A stretch of DNA of 48,759 nucleotides from Puniceicoccales bacterium (GTDB lineage: Bacteria; Verrucomicrobiota; Verrucomicrobiia; Opitutales; JAIRKQ01). How positions within the stretch are numbered: position 1 is the first letter of the stretch; each line of letters starts with the position of its first letter. Below the pieces are notes generated by a model. The model was given only the letters and a program-made list of their open reading frames with translations. It did no database searches and was not told the DNA's origin. Positions 46,631 to 48,759 of the stretch are shown piece by piece. The position numbers and the translations under genes were made by a program. The DNA lies in NCBI GenBank assembly GCA_031268375.1, contig JAIRXJ010000028.1:1-48759 (forward strand), given 5' to 3'.

Positions 46631-46975
46631 ATGTCAAACATAGGAATTTCTAACACAAATACTAGTCAAGTAGATGCAAATGTCACCATGCCTGGCCCAA
46701 CGGGTGTGGTAGGGGATATGAAGACAAATCCCATGGCAAATCCAAATATTCCGCAAAATGATGTGGGGAGCACGCAGCATGTTGGCAGGGAAGTCACGGA
46801 AGTAACCCGTCCAGGAACAAAAGCTTTTGAAAACAAACAGGAGGTGCTGGAAAAATCCGACCCCGAACGACAAAAACTAGACAGTGACGTACTAAAAGCG
46901 GTCATGGTCCATGGTAATCCGAGTGGGGCAAATTTACAAACCAATCCTTCCGTAAGTGCAGAGTATGGAAAATGA
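46631..46975 (+). CDS. Hypothetical small low-complexity (likely disordered) protein
   Basis: 114 aa, rich in N/T/S/P/G/V, with no hydrophobic core or TM. Supported by the strong SD. Confidence 0.5.
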   Translation: MSNIGISNTNTSQVDANVTMPGPTGVVGDMKTNPMANPNIPQNDVGSTQHVGREVTEVTRPGTKAFENKQEVLEKSDPERQKLDSDVLKAVMVHGNPSGANLQTNPSVSAEYGK

Positions 46976-46998
46976 TGGATAAATGCTCCACCGTACAT

Positions 46999-47982
46999 CT
47001 AGCGGTTTTGTCGATGGGCTAAGTAATAGGGAAGCATTGTTTTCAATATCAGCTCCAAAGAGTCATATTTTGGATACCAATCCAATTCACTCCTAGCCCT
47101 ATTGATATCAAAGTATAGGCGCGAAGGATCTCCAATCCGAGAGGGTCCTTCGACTGTTTTAATCGTGAGCCCGAACAGCTGTTCGACCGTTGTGACTACC
47201 TCTCTGACGGAGTATTTTTTACCACTTCCAACGTTATAGGCCATTCCTTCACCGTGAACCGATAATTTGGGGATCACATTCGCACAGGCACTGCAAAAAT
47301 CGTCCACGTGTATGTAATCCCGTTCAGCCGTCAAGTCGATGGAGTCATGGGAAGTCCCAAAAATATTCACTGCGTCTATTTGTCCTAAAATATACCTCAA
47401 AAGGTTTGGAATAAGGCCAGTTCCTAGATTTTGTATGAAATATTCATTTTCTACCTCGCCCATCCCTGTGATATTCGATGCTCTAACAATTGCATAGGTT
47501 AGACCATGGGATATTCTAAAAGATTCCAGCATATTTTCGACGAATAACTGTGCATTGCCCAGTGGGCTTATGGGATTGCGAATCGTTTGTTGGGTAATTG
47601 GCATTTTTTCGACTTCCCCAAAAACAGTGGCCGAAGAGACGTATACTATTTTGCTAATATGTGACTTCAGCAAAGTATCCAATAGAAATACATTGCATAG
47701 GGCATTATTCGTATAGTACGACATTGGGTCGGTGACAGAATTTTCCACGGTGGATTTGCCGGCACATTGGATGACCATTTCGACATTTTCCTGTCTAAAA
47801 ACATTTTGCAGGGAAGATTGTGCCCCGAAATCATAGCAATAGAATGGAATGTTTGATGCCAGTACCTGTTTAGCCCGCATATTATCTATGTCCATTCCAC
47901 AGACACGATGGCCCAACACGCCCAATCTCTTCACCAAATGGCTGCCAACGAACCCCGCTGCTCCTATTACTAAAATACTCAT
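46999..47982 (-). CDS. UDP-glucose 4-epimerase (GalE)-like extended SDR lacking the catalytic YxxxK
   Basis: Collinear with E. coli GalE: VIGAAGFVGSH, VIQCAGKSTVENSV..YYTNN, YVSSATVFG, DYIHVDD. SPYGKSKLMVE is replaced by SPLGNAQLFVE. Confidence 0.8.
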   Translation of the reverse strand: MSILVIGAAGFVGSHLVKRLGVLGHRVCGMDIDNMRAKQVLASNIPFYCYDFGAQSSLQNVFRQENVEMVIQCAGKSTVENSVTDPMSYYTNNALCNVFLLDTLLKSHISKIVYVSSATVFGEVEKMPITQQTIRNPISPLGNAQLFVENMLESFRISHGLTYAIVRASNITGMGEVENEYFIQNLGTGLIPNLLRYILGQIDAVNIFGTSHDSIDLTAERDYIHVDDFCSACANVIPKLSVHGEGMAYNVGSGKKYSVREVVTTVEQLFGLTIKTVEGPSRIGDPSRLYFDINRARSELDWYPKYDSLELILKTMLPYYLAHRQNR

Positions 47983-47998
47983 CGATCCAAGCTGCTAT

Positions 47999-48736
47999 TT
48001 AAAATTCTTCAACCGTTTGAATAGTATTATTTCCACCTAATTTACCATTTCCCGCATACTCTATCTTCCAATAATAATCTGTGGTACGATGAAGTGGTAA
48101 TTGATAGTCCCTATCCCGAACGGTTACAGTAATTTTCATGAACTTGCTGTATGCACAAAACACATCTATTTCCCCGTTTGAACCTTCAGGGAAGTTGACA
48201 AGTTTAGCTTCATGCAGTAGTTCCAATATTTTTCGAATTGTTTTCCTATTTTCTTCGAGCTTAGCTTGATCATTATTGCCTTCTTTAAGTCCGTAATCAA
48301 ATATTTCTTGCATTTTTTGTCTGATTATCGTGGGATTCTTTGACTCTGGTAATTTAGCATCTTTCTTCTGCTGACTACTTATTTCTGGTCGTAGTGGTAG
48401 CGCACACACTAGAGCCAGCCGAACATCCTTGTTTGCTGTGTAAAAATTTATACTATCGATGCCGTTTACAAAGGTTAAACTGCTACCCATTTTTTTCAAA
48501 ATGTTATTTTCAACTTCCGATTTTTTACCTCGAAAGATCTCTTTCCAAGAAGAGAACTCTTTAAAAATACTCACATCCAGATCACGTTTTGTCTCTCTGA
48601 AGTCTTCGATTACCATGCGGAAATATTCCAATTCTTGTTTCATAGAAATTATATCATATGGGGTGAGCCCCGGTTTGTTATATTGGATGCTGTCTGGTTT
48701 GCCTAATACATCTATAATCCTCTCAATATCATCCAA
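47999..48736 (-). CDS. Hypothetical soluble protein
   Basis: 245-aa ORF (TTG start in the track) 16 nt upstream of the GalE-like gene on the same strand. Charged and helical-looking; no motif recognised. Confidence 0.45.
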   Translation of the reverse strand: MDDIERIIDVLGKPDSIQYNKPGLTPYDIISMKQELEYFRMVIEDFRETKRDLDVSIFKEFSSWKEIFRGKKSEVENNILKKMGSSLTFVNGIDSINFYTANKDVRLALVCALPLRPEISSQQKKDAKLPESKNPTIIRQKMQEIFDYGLKEGNNDQAKLEENRKTIRKILELLHEAKLVNFPEGSNGEIDVFCAYSKFMKITVTVRDRDYQLPLHRTTDYYWKIEYAGNGKLGGNNTIQTVEEF

Positions 48737-48759
48737 GAATGGTACTATTTCCCCTTCAT

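Overview
The window is AT-rich, densely coding bacterial chromosome: about 48 protein genes, 2 tRNAs and one possible RNase P RNA. I saw no transposase, integrase, phage gene or CRISPR array.

Most genes are housekeeping:
- Translation, RNA and tRNA modification: rpsB-tsf, lepA, obg, rluD, rsmE, tsaD.
- DNA and redox: recA, ruvB, trxB.
- Other: ftsY, glgB, and an overlapping folE-folP-folB-folK folate operon.

The ORF track allows TTG/GTG starts, so I trimmed several N-termini to family-typical ATG starts. Those start coordinates are less certain than the gene calls.

Less ordinary content:
1. A soluble diadenylate cyclase whose N-terminus reads as a His-less PTS EIIA(Ntr)-like domain (8188..9516).
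2. A compact secretin cluster, GspL-like / GspM-like / GspD / GspC-PilP-like / GspE (9583..15301). It has no pseudopilin or prepilin peptidase gene. GspD carries a long Cys- and Thr-rich tail. The platform gene gspF lies about 27 kb away.
3. Diverging from gspF, a 523-aa orphan with a papain/calpain-like Q-x5-C ... H ... N-W-G-x-W signature and an N-terminal tandem repeat (39969..41540). I read it as a candidate secreted effector and rank it, with item 1, as the best lead for something new.
4. Two apparent pseudoenzymes: a PFK-fold protein with every catalytic motif degenerate, and a GalE-like SDR lacking YxxxK.
5. About 540 bp of noncoding DNA next to tRNA-Met with RNase P RNA-like blocks on the minus strand.
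6. A Gly/Ala-rich membrane-like reading frame that continues in frame past the TAG stop of a MATE gene.
7. An orphan FliO-like gene.

The right-hand third (about 38.9-48.7 kb) holds most of the orphan ORFs. Taxon cannot be assigned from sequence alone. A host-associated or PVC-like bacterium is only a weak guess from gene content. All domain calls come from motif reading by eye; no searches were run.
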